From Dipteris shenzhenensis (Eukaryota), in NCBI GenBank assembly GCA_047967505.1, contig CM106538.1: a DNA stretch of 64,000 bases, one strand, 5' to 3'. A program made the position numbers and the translations under genes. The notes below the pieces were generated by a model. It saw nothing but the letters and a program-made list of their open reading frames with translations. It was not told the origin of the DNA and searched no databases. The first letter of the stretch is position 1, and each line of letters opens with the position of its first letter. This document shows positions 25,679 to 40,200 of the stretch, piece after piece.

Positions 25679-28600
25679 TGTGAGGAAGGCAGGTGTACTT
25701 TGTGTGGTGACTTTGCTAGAGTGCCACGAGTTTACTTGATACTTGTGATGTGCAGATGGTTCGTTGGCAACAGTATGAGTACAATACCCTAACATTAGAT
25801 GGTGGTGCACAGTCGAGGAGGTTGCAGCTTGTGGGGAAGGAGACACCACGTGTTGTATTCATTGACAATTTTCGAGGGAAGCTATACTGCTACATACGCC
25901 ACTCGCACACTGTGAAGTGGGAGGATCATCAGTTGCGTGCATGTTTGAGGACATTTCTGTTGAGAGATATGGTGCCATGAGCACACAGATTAAAGGGCTA
26001 AGGTATGGTATAAGAAAGAATTAAAGTAGCCACCCCAGGATGTGGACTACATGATGTGGAGATGTGGATTGAGGATATCCACAAGGAGAGATGTGGATGA
26101 GAGGATCACACATGTGTTGACTATTCAAAGGGCACTCTCTATATAAGAGGCCTATCATGTATGGTTGAGAATAGCACATTTGGAATAGATTGAGTGTTTC
26201 ATACTTACCGTCTCTCTCCCCATGGCTTTCCGTATTTGGTTTGATCCTCTGTGATCTTTATGCTCATTAAGTGATAGATTAGGCTAGTACAATCCACACT
26301 TTGTTATGGTATCAGAGCTTAGGTCTAGTCTCCTAGATCCATTATAGGCACACCTTAGGAAGCTTATGTTTTCTCTTAGATTAGTTCTAGTTTTAGATTA
26401 AGCGTTATCTTCCATGGTGGAGAGAATTTCAGTTTGTTTTGGGAAACTTCCACTCATTGAGAGAGCTTAAGAGCAACAGTGAGCACGAGTGACTTCTTTA
26501 GCAATGACTGTCTCCAATAGTAGCTCGCAATACTCCTACTCATCCTCAGTAGCCCATACGAGAAAGCAACTCATGTGCAGCCCGGCGCCATAGCTGAGCT
26601 CCTCCAACAAAGCTGCGCAACAACTCAGAGCTGCAAACAGCAGCCACAACAAGCTTCATAAAGTCCCAACGACGCATGCACACACAACATCTAAACGACA
26701 GGTAGCAAAGGCTAATAGCAGTGAGCACAAGCATCGACCTAGATGCAGTCGACTCCAACAAGCTAAGGGCCTAGCAACTACACCGACCAGCAACCATCGT
26801 GGCTTGACCAAAACAGTGTTGACAACACTTCTACAACCGGCTGCAATGGACTCCATCAAACGGCAACTTAAGTAGAGCTCACAAGAGGTGACCAGCACCA
26901 GCAGCCTCTCAGTTCTGACCAGTGACTCCATAGACGGCACTACCAATGAGTTGGCCTCCAACAAGCACCCAATCAACTCACAGGCCAAGCTTTAACGACT
27001 CCATCTCTTGCATAGTCAGATCGTGCATAGCAGCTTCAAATAGCCAGTGGCTTTTCCCACTGTGACTCCACGGCAAGTGCCTAGCACATCAACTCTAGAC
27101 CATCAACCGCTCCCGCAACAATGTTCTGCATCAAGGAACGTCTACAAAGCAAAAGCCTCAAGACGAGGCAACAGACTATTTAAGAGACCCGACTCCCACG
27201 GTACGCAGCCCGCTCTCACTCCATGCAAATCAAGCCTTCCCTAACCCGAAGGCAACCGACGAGCGATCTCCCTTAACACTGCTAGTGGCAAGCTCTCAAG
27301 AGGCTCGACCAGTGTATTAAGGAGAGCAGCTTCTTCGCTCCAATAGCGAGAGCTAGAGTTCGTTCGGCGAGCAAGTTCCATGCAATACAATGAGCCAATA
27401 GTTCTGTCAGCAACTTCTTGCAAATGCATCTCCAACATAGCCTCTCAACGGACTACCAACCTCCAAGCTGCAACGATCCTTGCTCACAGCAAGACGGCTC
27501 CTACCTTCAATGCTGCTCGACAACCCATGCTGCATGATCGTCAACACACCCCTTCACAGTCGCACTCGCTCCTCACAGCACCTTGCTAAGCATCACATCG
27601 AGCGAGAAGAAGACGCAGCAGAGGGAGAGAAATGGAATGCCCACAACCAGACATGGAGATAAGGATAGGCTTGGTTAGTGAGGCTTGGTCAGTAATTGGC
27701 CAAGTGGAAATGCCACATGGCATATAGGTGTAGTTAAGTGAAGTTTATGGTTAGGTTTGTTTAAACTTTGGGTTAACTCATTTAGTTAAGAGTATGCCAC
27801 ATGGCTAAATCAAAGTCTGGTTAACTTAACCCACCATGGCTAGAGTTAGGGTTAGTTATGCCACATCAGCATGCACAGTCAGCAGTGCCACCAAGGCAGT
27901 AACCTCTTGCTAAGCACAGTAGTGTGAGTGCAGCATGTGAATCCCCGTGACACATCATCAAAGGCCCCTCTTCTTCATCAAAACTTCGATAAGCCGTAGC
28001 TTCCAATCCAGGAGGAATCTGGACACGCTCCAAAAAGGAAAAATGATCGTCTTTTCGATCTCTACACATCCAATATTGAAAGAAATCAATTGGTAAGACC
28101 TTTGCAACAAATGAAAAAGCAACGCATGAATGCAGAAAGCATGCCAAAAGCACAAGTACATGAGATGACCATAGCAGGAAGCATGGCATCCACACACAAA
28201 GCATTAAGGCACATGGAATAACAAAGCATCATGCATGAAGCTACACCAAACAAAGAAGCAAACGAGTCGTCATCAAGCCATGAGCCAAAAGGTGACATGA
28301 ATGGAATGTATTAAGAAACCAAAACCTTGCCAACCTTGCCTATATTTTTGTAAATCAAGCCTGACCACCTGAGAGTAGCTATGAAAGCACCCAGGGGAGG
28401 TATTGACATGTAGAAGCCACACTTGACCACCTTAAGTAGTAGTGCATGCGCTAAGGGGAGGTGATGGAATGTAACTCACATCTAACCACCTTGCAGTAGC
28501 CAAAGGATCATGGCACCAAGGGGAGGTGTTGAGAGATATGGTGCCATGAGCACATAGATTAAAGGGCTAAGGTATGGTATAAGAAAGAATTAAAGTACCC

Positions 28601-30110
28601 ACCCTAGGATGTGGACTACATGATGTGGAGATGTGGATTGAGGATATCCACAAGGAGAGATGTGGATGAGAGGATCACACATGTGTTGACTATTCAAAGG
28701 GCACTCTCTATATAAGAGGCCTATCATGTATGGTTGAGAATAGCACATTTGGAATAGATTGAGTGTTTCATACTTACCGTCTCTCTCCCCATGGCTTTCC
28801 ATATTTGGTTTGATCCTCCGTGATTTTTATGCTCATTAAGTGATAGATTAGGCTAGTACAATCCACACTTTGTTAATTTCCTATAGGGTTGGTTGTCTCA
28901 GTGGTGGAATTATACCTTTGCACCACAGCATGAGATCCAATCGAAGTATTATTTCTCCGAACAGGTGACGCATGATTGAGTTATTGGTTTTTTTATGGCC
29001 TCATTATATTGAATTATTTCAGTAGTCGTATTTTTTTTCAATGCCATATTGCAGGTTGCTATATTTGTGCACATTAGCTATCGTCATGCGCAGGCTCATG
29101 TGGATGGCATTGATAGCACCATGGACTCACCCGTCATTGTGCGAGAGTATCACTTCTACATTAGTGATGATCGATCGCATGATGCCCATTTTGTGCAGCA
29201 TTGCTTCATGTTGCATGATAGTTTCTTGAGGGATCATGGTGTCACATGGCAGGGGCACTGGATCTGGCTAGACGGATGTGGTGGTCAGTTTAAATCTGCT
29301 AGACAGTTTTATTGGTTCTGCAAATAGCACTGTGAGATAGGCATTTCAATCACATGGAGCTACTTTGAGATAGGGCACAATAAGGGAGAGCATGATGGTG
29401 CGGGTGCTTGCATGAAGCGTGCTTTGCGTCGATACCAATTGCGTCATAGTGCCGATCGCTTCAAGGATGCACATGATGTGGTGCGGTGGTGCAGCCATCA
29501 CTTATCCACTAGTGCTATCTCCTCGTTTCAGTCGCGTGACGATAGGGTGGTGAGCCGGTATGTTTGGTGCATGGACATTGGGAGTTTTAATCAGTCTAGG
29601 CCTTTTGATTGTCATTCAGTGTCTGGCACTCTTGATTTCCATTCCATCAGGAGCAAAGGTGAGTCTCACCCGACAATCTTTTCTCGACGGTTTGCATGTT
29701 TCTTCTCCGCATGCATTGATGATGACTCGAGAGGGTTCACCATGATACCATGGGCCGATCCATGGGCACGGCGAGTGCTTTCTCCCTTCCAGCCTTGGGG
29801 GGAGGTACATGATGATCAGGATGCGGGATTCAGTTCCTCTAGAGATTATGACCATCTTACAGATACGTTGTGTATTGGTGATATCTTCGCGGTCATTGCT
29901 TCGGAGGGCAATCAGGAGGGTGTGGATTATTACTTGTTGAGATGCTCTATGGCAAAGAGTGTGCTGAATGAGGATACAGTGGATGGGCATGGGATGCACT
30001 TCGATGCTCATAGCATGATCGTAGGTGGCCACTATTTTCAGTAGATACAGAGGCGTGGTCGTTAAATTGAGTTCCAAGAGTACATGGCAGATCAGGAGGC
30101 ATACTGCATG
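25679..30110 (+). pseudogene. Sola2-like transposase pseudogene copy 2, split by the LTR element
   Basis: 5' part 25679-25957 (CEEGRCTLCG; YIRHSHTVKWEDHQLRACLRTF) continues after the LTR at 28881 (PIGLVVSVV). Intron 28965-29054; extra stop at ~29325. Confidence 0.72.
25958..28875 (+). mobile_element. Complete 2918-bp non-autonomous LTR retrotransposon, copy 2
   Basis: 349-bp LTRs at 25958-26306 and 28527-28875 (about 6 mismatches by eye), ends TGTTG...TGTTA, TSD ATTTC on both sides, Met PBS, PPT, TATA box inside the LTR. Confidence 0.96.
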
Positions 30111-30452
30111 TATTCTAGCACATTACATATCATAGTTTTGGGATCATCAGTTGATCAGATAGATTTTTCTTGGGTATCACTAGTTGATTACATATTTTTG
30201 TATTCGATATGTATAGGCTCACTGTGTGACCGTACCATTGTAATTTTCATGGACTCATATTTTGTATTTCACTATGATGGTTTTATACACATTCATACAC
30301 ATCATTGTATTAGATTCTATTTTATACATGATGTCCATTGTCTTCTCAATGGGATTTGTTATTTCTGTAAAACAAAAAATTGTTTATTAGTAGTTATGTT
30401 GTAATTGTGTTTTGTGCTTTAGGACATTTTAAAAATGTGACTAAGAAAATTC

Positions 30453-32598
30453 GTGCACGTACTAACCAAATACACATGTGGACTTATTTGTTGGGGATGA
30501 AACTCCGCATGGCTCTTAAGGTACCCTAGACCTACATCCATGCAAGATCTGGTCTCCAAATGATTTGGTATGTGCCACATGGAAGGTATAATGCATACAT
30601 TTTTACAAGCACTCCCTACTAGTGACTATGTATGGAAAATGGTGCACAAACTAACCAAATACACATGTGGACTTATCTATTGGGGATAAACTTTGCACGG
30701 CTCTTAGGCTACCCTAGACCTACATCCATGCAAGATTTGGTCTCCAATTAATTTGGTATGTGCCACCTGGAAGGTATAATGCGTACATTTCTGCAAGCAC
30801 TCCCTACTAGTGACTACATATGGAAAATGGCGCACGTACTAACCAAATATGCATGTGGACTTATTTGTTGGAGATGAAACTTTGCACCACTCTTAGGCTA
30901 CCTTAGACCTACATCCATGCAAGATTTGATCTCCAATTAATTTGATATGTGCCACGTGGAAGGAATAATGCGTACATTTTTGCAAGCACTCCCTACTAGT
31001 GACTACATATGGAAAATGGCGCACGTACTAACCAAATATACATGTGGACTTATTTGTTGGAGATGAAACTTTGCACCACTCTTAGGCTACCTTAGACCTA
31101 CATCCATGCAAGATTTGGTCTCCAACTGATTTGGTATGTGCCACGTGGAAGGTATAATGCATACATTTTTGCATGCACTCACTACTAGTGATGACTACGT
31201 ATGAAAAATGGCGCACGTACTAAACAAATACGCATGTGGACTCATTTGTTGGGGATGAAACTTTGCACGGCTCTTAGGCTACCCTAGACCTACATCCATG
31301 CAAGATTTGGTCTCCAAAAGATTTGGTATGTGCCACATGGAAGGTAGAATGCGTACATTTTTACAATCCCTACTAGTGACTATATATGAAAAATGAAGCA
31401 TGCACTAACCAAATACGCATGTGGACCTATCTGTTGGGGATGAAACTTTGCACAGCTCTTAGGCTACCCTAGACCTACATCCATGCAAGATTTGGTCTCT
31501 AACTGATTTGGTATGTGCCACATGGAAGGTATAATGTGTACATTTTTACAATCCCTACTAGTGACAGCTATGTATGAAAAAAGGCACATGTACTAACCAA
31601 ATACGCATGTGGACTTATCTGTTGGAAATGAAACTTTGCATGGCTCTTACGCTACCCTAGACCTACATCCATGCAAGATTTGGTCTCCAACTGATTTAGT
31701 ATGTGCCACGTGGAAGGTATAATGTGTACATTTTTACAATCCCTACTGGTAACTACGTATAAAAAATGGTGCACATACTAACCAAATACGCATCTGGACT
31801 TATCTATTGGGGATGAAACTTTGCCTAGCACTTAGGCTACCTTAGACCTACATCCTTGCAAGATTTCATCTCCAAATGATTTGGTATGTACCACGTGGAA
31901 GGTATAATGCATACATTTTTACATGCACTCACTACTAGTGATGACTACGTATGAAAAATGGCGCACGTACTAACCAAATACACATGTGGACTTATTTGTT
32001 GGGGACGAAACTTTGCACGGCTCTTAGGCTACCCTAGACCTACATCGATGCAAGATTTGGTCTCCAACTGATTTGGCATGTGCCATGTGGAAGGTTTAAT
32101 GTGTACATTTTTACAATCCCTACTAGTGACTACGTATGAAAAATAGCGCATGCACTCACCAAATATGCATGTGGACTTATCTGTTGGGGATGAAACTTTG
32201 CACGGCTCTTAGGCTACCCTAGCTCTTCATCTATGCAAGATTTGGTCTCCAACTGATTTGGTATGTGCCACGTGGAAGGTATAATGTGTACATTTTTACA
32301 ATCCCTACTAGTAACTACGATGACGACTACGTATGAAAAATGGCCCACGTACTAACCAAATACGCATGTGGACTTATCTGTTGGGGATGAAACTTTGCAT
32401 GGCTCTTAGGCTACCCTAGACATACATCCATGCGAGATTTGGTTACCAATCGATTTCGTATGTCCCGTGTGGAAGGTATAATGCATACATTTTTGCATGC
32501 ACTCCCTACTAGTGACTACATATGAAAAATGGCAAACATACTAACCAAATACGCCGATGGACTTATCTGTTGTGCATGAAACTTTGCATAGCTCTTAA
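30453..32598. repeat. ~188-bp tandem array, copy 2
   Basis: Colinear with 4545-6690. Confidence 0.97.
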
Positions 32599-34067
32599 TT
32601 GAAAAAATTCTATGATTTGTATGTTGCATATTTGATGAAACTAATTTTGCAAGATGTTTTATGAATCGTTGGATAATAGCATTGCATTATTCACAATTCC
32701 ACTTCATAGTATCAGTCATGACAATCATGCAACCCATATCCCAATGCATCCATGTTAAATACTTCGACAATTGCATAATAATAATTTGACATAATATGTC
32801 GCTTGATATAGCATTGAATTATTTAAACATCTACATTAGTTACTTCAATTGCACATGTTTTGTGAAGTGTGTGATAATATCATTGCATTATTTACAATTT
32901 CACTTCAAAGTATGACAATTCGATGTAAAGCCCTTCAACCTCTTCACAATAATACTTTGACAAAATGTGTTGTTATAAGCATCAACACATTATTATACAT
33001 TTCAAGTTATAAGCTGTTCGTATTCGTGTCTTGGAGTTCGCATCTCCGGAAACATTACTATTACAATAAATGGGCCCCAAAAAAAAAGGAGCCAATAGAT
33101 GGCAATATCCATATAAGGTGTAGATAGGCAAAAATTGAAGCTAATAGATAGGTAAAACTAAAGCCAATGGGTGTGGCATGCCAAAAAAGATTTACATGAA
33201 GGTTTTTACATAACAGCCCGTCTTGCAATAGGAGGAGGTTGGTGGGTGTCTTGGGCCCCTAGCAAGATATGTAGTCCATGTTGGTACCGGACCACGAAGC
33301 CTCCGCAGATAACGGTAAGCTTTCTAGCAGCATGTTGGCGATGATCAACATCCACAATAAGACAAAGCACCCACAGATGCATTTTCTTAACTAAAAATAA
33401 ATAAATTACGGGCGCGTCTATTTGGGCATCTACAGACCCGCATCTATAGGCGCATTTATACAACAAAGAAACATGCCTATAGATGAGCTTTTAGACACTC
33501 TATAGAAATTTAAAAAAAAACAAAAAGACAGATACATAGATGCGCTTATAGACTCTCTATAGAATCTTTTCTTTAAAATCAAAGCAGAATTTTGGGTGTG
33601 TTAATAGAATGTTGTGTATGTTGTGTATGCTATGTGGTTACAAGAATCCCATTTCCACATTATGCAATTCAATTCTTACAGCCAACTGCATTTTAATTAG
33701 CATGATTCCAAGCACGTCTATAGCCAACGATTACAATTCTGAATAAAACATTACAACTCCAAAACATTTAGTTCACAAGGCATTCATTGATAGAATGTTA
33801 CACAAGGAAATTGAAAGCCAAAAAAATAATAGGAGTGTATATTAATTCATAGCCCAAAAAGTGCTTGTATGTACATATAGCATGAAGCCAAGCCAGGTCC
33901 TATGGCTTCAAGTACAAAATTTAAGAGGAGTGTAGATATAAGAGAGGCATGAAGCCAAGCCAATGGCTTCAAGTACAAAAAAGAGTACCAAGCACTACTT
34001 TATGACTAAATCAGTCGCAAGTGACTATGGCAACGTATGAGAGTAAATGAAAATAATGTGTTGTAGA

Positions 34068-34069
<2 letters not shown>

Positions 34070-34123
<54 letters not shown>

Positions 34124-34195
34124 ATGTGTGTGTCTGTGCACGCACGTGCATGCGTGTGTGCATGCGTGCACTTGCATGTGTGCATGTGTGCATGC

Positions 34196-34232
<37 letters not shown>
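34070..34232. repeat. (TG)n/(GA)n microsatellite, copy 2
   Basis: Paralogous to 8162-8334, with changed lengths and a new GA run. Confidence 0.95.
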
Positions 34233-34233
<1 letters not shown>

Positions 34234-34237
34234 TTGA

Positions 34238-34760
34238 CAACTATAAATTGGCATGCATATCAATAAGAAAACTTATAAGAACTTTAGAGGCCATTACCCA
34301 AGAGTCAGCAGACATTTTAGAGAACACCTCGCTAATAAGAGTTTGAGTTCCACAACAGCAAGATGGCTACAGATACGGTTAGAGAAAGGCCCTAAATGCC
34401 CAATCGTTATTGCATACAATTTTTAATTTGCCCTCATAAAATGTATGTATCAACTGCTTTTCATGATATATATAACTTTCATTTCTCATTCTACAAGATC
34501 TTACTTTATATTTTGCATTTTTTGTAGATTCCACGATTAAGCGACTACTTTGACTTGGGTGTGGAGCTGTTCAAACAATAGTGCGTTGAAGATATTATCA
34601 ACAACATCCAGAATTGGCCAATCAATGCCCCTATTGATTGGGTTCCCCCTGCTCCACGAGTGTGGAGACCACCGCCTCCTCCATTCAATTTCGAAAGGGA
34701 ATTTGTTCATGATTTTGTATAAGTACCTCCTAACTAGTCTCTACCAACCATGTGTTTAGA
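34238..34760 (+). pseudogene. Possible Ulp1/C48 protease fragment, copy 2
   Basis: Same VPQQQDGYRYG segment at ~34347-34380. Confidence 0.33.
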
Positions 34761-36729
34761 GAGGATTACTTTATTTTTTTATTTCATATGTTTCATCGTA
34801 ACTTCAATTGTTAAGTTTTTTAAACAAAGTGAATAGGTGCCCACGTGAGTTTTCAGCGGTACTAGATTAAATGGGAAAAACAAGGGCTAACGTTAACCGA
34901 AGAAATTAAATATTAAGGTGGCGCATTCTGATGTTTTGTCGCTGTGTGAATCTTCCACAAAAACACGTACTTCATTAATTTTGGACCGAGCAATGTCCAA
35001 ATTAATGTTTCTTGGAGCAAACATTGCTATTTTTAATTCAATTATGATTCATAGGGCCAATAATGTGATGTAGAGCATTGCGTTTCATTTGCTTTCTCTT
35101 CACCACGGTGAAATCGAATATCCACATATCAAAATAAATACAGAATGTCACACAAGGCCGATGATTTACGTAAGTGCAAATCCCGATTCTCTCATACGAT
35201 GATTTACGCAAGTGCAAATCCTGATGTGCACAGGCCCTAATCGTCTCCATCCTCTCCCTTTCCTTCTCCATCTTCTCCCTTTCCCTCTCACATCCCCTCC
35301 TTCCTTCTGCCTCTTTTATTGTTGGCAATATCTCGTGAATATGGGATATGTATATTTTGCTGTATCAAGTTTCGAAGTCCGAGACTGGACTCTGGAGTAA
35401 GTTTACTGCGCGGTGCACCGAGAAATTGCGAGAATCACAATTGCGCGGCGCATCATATATGTCGTATCAAATGAGACGTGGGACCAGGAGAACAGTTTCC
35501 AAAAGATCAATCACTGACAAGACGTGAATGTGATGTGTCTCTCGCTCGTGTCAAATCTACCACCTTGCATTACGACCTCAGTAGTCAGGTCCTCAGTAGA
35601 CGGTGTGACGGTAAGCATGAACCTTTCATGCGTGGCGTGTTACCCGTGTAAGCGTGAGCCACTGCGCACCACTTAACTAGAATGAAGTGTTTTTGGACTT
35701 CAACGTAGCAAGGTAAATTCTGCTGCCAAACTCAGCAGCAGCCAGAGTGACGCAATTGTTTGAATTACGGACTAAAGACAACTCAAAAGGAAAGAGATCA
35801 GACGTTAGGAGAATAGAGCCAAATGACGATGCAACAGTGCGTATGTTTCCATTGAACGTACATGCGTACAAATAGCCCATCCGGGAGGGAGATGGTTGCA
35901 ACTGATTTCATGCTTTGAATTCGCACACACCCTTTTACAACGTTTCACATCTCCTTCAATCTACTACTAACGTAGATGAACATTTATTCTCCTCTATTTA
36001 ACACAGTTGCGTAATGCTACGGTTACACAATACTTCAAGAGCAATCAGAATTGTCCCCCCCACACAATGTGCCCCCGGAGTCACGATAATGGCTGGATAC
36101 TCCTCGAGATAGAGAATCCTCGGGGTCGGAATGGAGTGATAGAAACTTTAGAGACTGGGGACGAATTCGTCCTAGCAACGGAATGCCCACCCAAAGAAAC
36201 TCTAAAGGAGTCGGAACTCTCCTGGGAGTCGGATCAAAGCCTTTGGAGTCCAAAACAAGCATTGGACTAGAGTTTAGATAGGTTTAGATAAGCATTGGAC
36301 TAGATTTTGGAGGCCTTGCAGCAGGAGCTGGATCTCCGAACCAGTGTCTCCCACTGCCTTTTCCCGTACTGCATCCTTGGGTCACCAGTGGATGCATGAA
36401 AGGTCCCGGAGTGGAGACAACCAGTGGTACTATTGACGACTAACTTTTCAGCACTCTGAAATGGTTTTCATACTCGAAATTCAAATTCGATGCTATCGTG
36501 GTCATCAATTCGAAATGCAAATTCAAAGCTATCACTCTCATCAGATAGTAATAGGGAGCCAAATTTTTGTTTTTTAGCTTACTAAAAATAATTTGGAAGA
36601 AAGAAAACTCTGAAAGACACTCTTTAGGTGAGTGAGGGATGGTGGTACTAAGGCAATGTTCATCCAAAAAATGGTTCACCAACAAGTTCTTATTTCTCAA
36701 TATTCAAATGTAGAAAGTCTAAACCATTT

Positions 36730-37265
36730 GGAGAATGAGGAATGTATTAAGGTAGGTGCAAGTAATCATATGTCTCATGAAGAAGAATGTACTTTTTAAA
36801 TGCATTCGAATGAGAATTAAAAGAAAATGTAATCATGTCCCACACAAGATTGAAGAATAAAAAATATCCTGCTTCATAGTGTTGAAAATTTTACATAGAG
36901 CATAGGAGATGCTGTATTTATTCCATCAATGGTTCAAAGCCTCTTATTAGTTGGCTCTTAGTTGGCCAAATGACTGAAAGGGAATGGTGCTAGATTTTAG
37001 AAAATTAGGTTGGGCGATTTGAAAAATGTACAATCCACAGAAATTTATTGCAAACAAGTGTAAAGATTAGATAATATTTTGAACTTTCAGTTCATCCATG
37101 CCTATCCAAAGAGACTTGATAGCATCTCATCAAAACCATGATCCTAAAGCCTTTCGTGTTTCATGGGAAATTCACAACATCAATCATTTCCCATTCTTGG
37201 TCAAGGAGCATTGACATACTCTAGATCATCCATTCTTATGTTTGGAGATATGCATGACCTTTATT
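36730..37265 (+). mobile_element. Copia pol relic copy 2 (~130-bp deletion at ~37145 removes LWHxRFGH)
   Basis: Colinear with 10780-11396. Confidence 0.7.
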
Positions 37266-40200
37266 TACTAATACACATGGGCCCTATTCCGATGCTTAAG
37301 CACTAACGTTTAGCATGCGTGGGGCGCTAATCGTCAGTAACCAAAGTGGGATTCGTTAAGTGTCGCTATATAGCCAAGTTTAAAGAGCATCACTATATAG
37401 CGACATTTATTAGACTTGTAAATAGTCGCTATATAGCGACACTTATTAGACTTGTGAATGGTCGCTATATAGTGACACTAAGACAATTTCCTATAGCGAT
37501 GTTTTACAGAGAGTGTTTTTTTCCATACCGACTTTAAAAGATAGTTTTCCCCAATGACAAAATTTTTTTCCCTTTTCATACATGTTTGATCCTTTGAGAG
37601 AATAAAAGTACAAGAGCATGTACATCAAGCCTTTGAAGCTCATATATTCATGTCTAAGTTTGAGATGAAAAAAATCAATGAAGAGCATTGACATCAACAG
37701 CTTCATCCTAAGCCAAGCTTAATGCACCAAACAAGTCTATCTCTAACTCTATACCGAGTTGATCTCCTATCATCATTGTACTCTAGCATCGTACATTCAC
37801 CTAAGACTTGATCATCTTCTTCAATAAAGTGTGGTGATTCTTGATGATCGTCATCTTCTTCCTCAATATCGTGATCTCCATCTTCCTCTCGTACGATGTC
37901 ATTATGTGTATCTTTTTCTTGGCTCATATTGTGATCTTTATCTTCTTTGCTAGATCCATCCGGATCAATTGGATCCAAAATTGGTAGTGGCATCTCCATA
38001 TCCACGTCTCTATCTTCAAAAATTTGCTTACTTCATGGTGCAACTTGGATCACGTACCACCATCTTGGATCAAAACGATCCGGATGAAAAATCACCTATA
38101 TTAAAGATGGGTGCCAAATGCCATCAATTATATATATGAAATTATGCTTAAGTACATGTATCAATCGATCTTAAAAAATGAAAGCGATGATTAATTAAAT
38201 CATTAGTATGCACCTCCTCACAATGCTCGGGAAGAACAAAAGCATCATTTTCATTGGTCCAAAGTTTGGTGGAGTCTATTGCAAAGAAACCACTACTATC
38301 TTTTCTCACTATCGCATGGGGACCATTGTAAATAGTTCTAGACCATTTTACATCAAGAATGAAAATACTAAATTATTTGAAATCAATTTCATAGATTTTG
38401 TGTATGGTTCCACAATAATCCAACTGTGAGGAGAGAAGATTGGTATCCAAAGCACTTGCTCGGCTATCTTGTGTGAAGTTAGCCATGACTTCACAATAAT
38501 ACATGACTCTCTTTGAATCGATGCATTTCACGCGAAAATGGCATCCATATGACCATAATGCACTATACTTTTTGTACTGCAAAATACTTGTTTGGATTTT
38601 GAAGTAGATAGTTTGGCAAGGGTTGATCTCATTAAGGATGAGATTGAACTGTAGCCCATCATTGATATTGGTAAAACTATTTTACATATTGTCTCATTCT
38701 CCTCACTTCACTTAATTCTTGTATATGTGGGCTTGCAAAAAAGCATTGATGTTTTTGTTAAAATTATGTGCTTTGGTAATCATGGGAAATGTTTGGAAAG
38801 CAATGATGTACACCAAAATCTCACTTTTTGTATTCTCTGTTTTGCATAAAAATATGCGTCTAAATATGCATTTGTCTCAGTGTAAACCTGCTAATAGATG
38901 CACTAATACACGTGCAAATAGATGCGCTAATAAACGCAATGTTAGATGGGCCCATATTTTCTCAGTGTAGACGCACAAAAGAGCATCATTAGAACAATGA
39001 AGATGCATCTATTTTATAGTGTATATTGTCACAAATAATTACTTTATTATGTCAAGAGGTAAGAAACTTACATGCATCATACATCCAGATGATAACTCTC
39101 GCTCGCACTTGTCTATTGTCTCTCCATCGCGTTGTAGCCAATGAAGTGACATGTGAGTGGGGAGATAGGCGAGATCCCATGGATATGGTTGCGATCGCCT
39201 GTACATTACTCTGAATCTCATCCTTGCATTTATTCTTTCTACTTTGGCTGCTTCATATCTCTCAATCCACTTCTGCATCTCCTTGCTATTGAGGATACAA
39301 AGCTTATTGAATTTCTCCATTTGCTCTTCGCTCATCTTTCTTTCAATCCCTTTTTCTTGGTGAACCTCACCAACGATGTGATCATCATCCTTGTTATGCC
39401 AAGCTTGCGGCATATTGGGATCTGTGGATGCAAGAAACTCCGTGATATATACTAATGACTCTTGCACAATCCATCCCTCTACCATCCTTGCTTCCGGTCT
39501 TACTCTTTGTCTTACAAATCCCTTCAAAGTTTTCATAAACCGCTCGAGAAAATATATCGACTTACTATGAACGGTACCTGCAATGGCCACCTCATCAACT
39601 ATGTGCACAAGCAAGTGCACTTGAGTTGTCTTAATGCTCGAGGCAAAGTGCTTCTTAAGCAAGCGTATGGCTTCGATGGATTCCATCATAGCCTTCTCGT
39701 CGATGCTTGATATAGAGATCTGTTTTTGAGATATCCACCTATTTCACATGCCCATGTAAGATATATTCATAATCAGTCTAGAGATTATTCAACTTAAATT
39801 GAAGAAAATGCAATCAATGCGATTTGATAGTAAGCACACCTCACAATACCACTGATTTTGAATATAGCATTTCTACCATCTTCTTGTAATAAGTACCCTT
39901 TTATTGTAATTGGAAGAATGAACTATCAAAGCAACAAAGAAGTCATGTCAATAATATAACATAATCATAATTACACTAATGCATCACGATTATCAGTACA
40001 CTAATCCTACATTAGAATACCTGTAAGACCTTGTGCCAATCATGGGAATCCTCAATGTGCCATCAGTGGACCGATGAGATGCATGCCAAGTCATCAACTC
40101 CACTATGGTTTTGCATCGGAACATGTGTTGTATTCTTGCAATGATGGGAAAGTGTCTCAAGACCTTTACCGGTATCTACTCACCTTGCAAGTCATCTCTA

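Larger units (their letters stand above)
25679..38140 (+). repeat. Unit 2 of the ~26-kb tandem segmental duplication (26124-38140 colinear with 161-~12260)
   Basis: Offset of ~25.9 kb holds for the LTRs, Sola2 ORF, tandem array, microsatellite, Copia relic and CACTA end; only SNPs and small indels differ. Confidence 0.97.
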
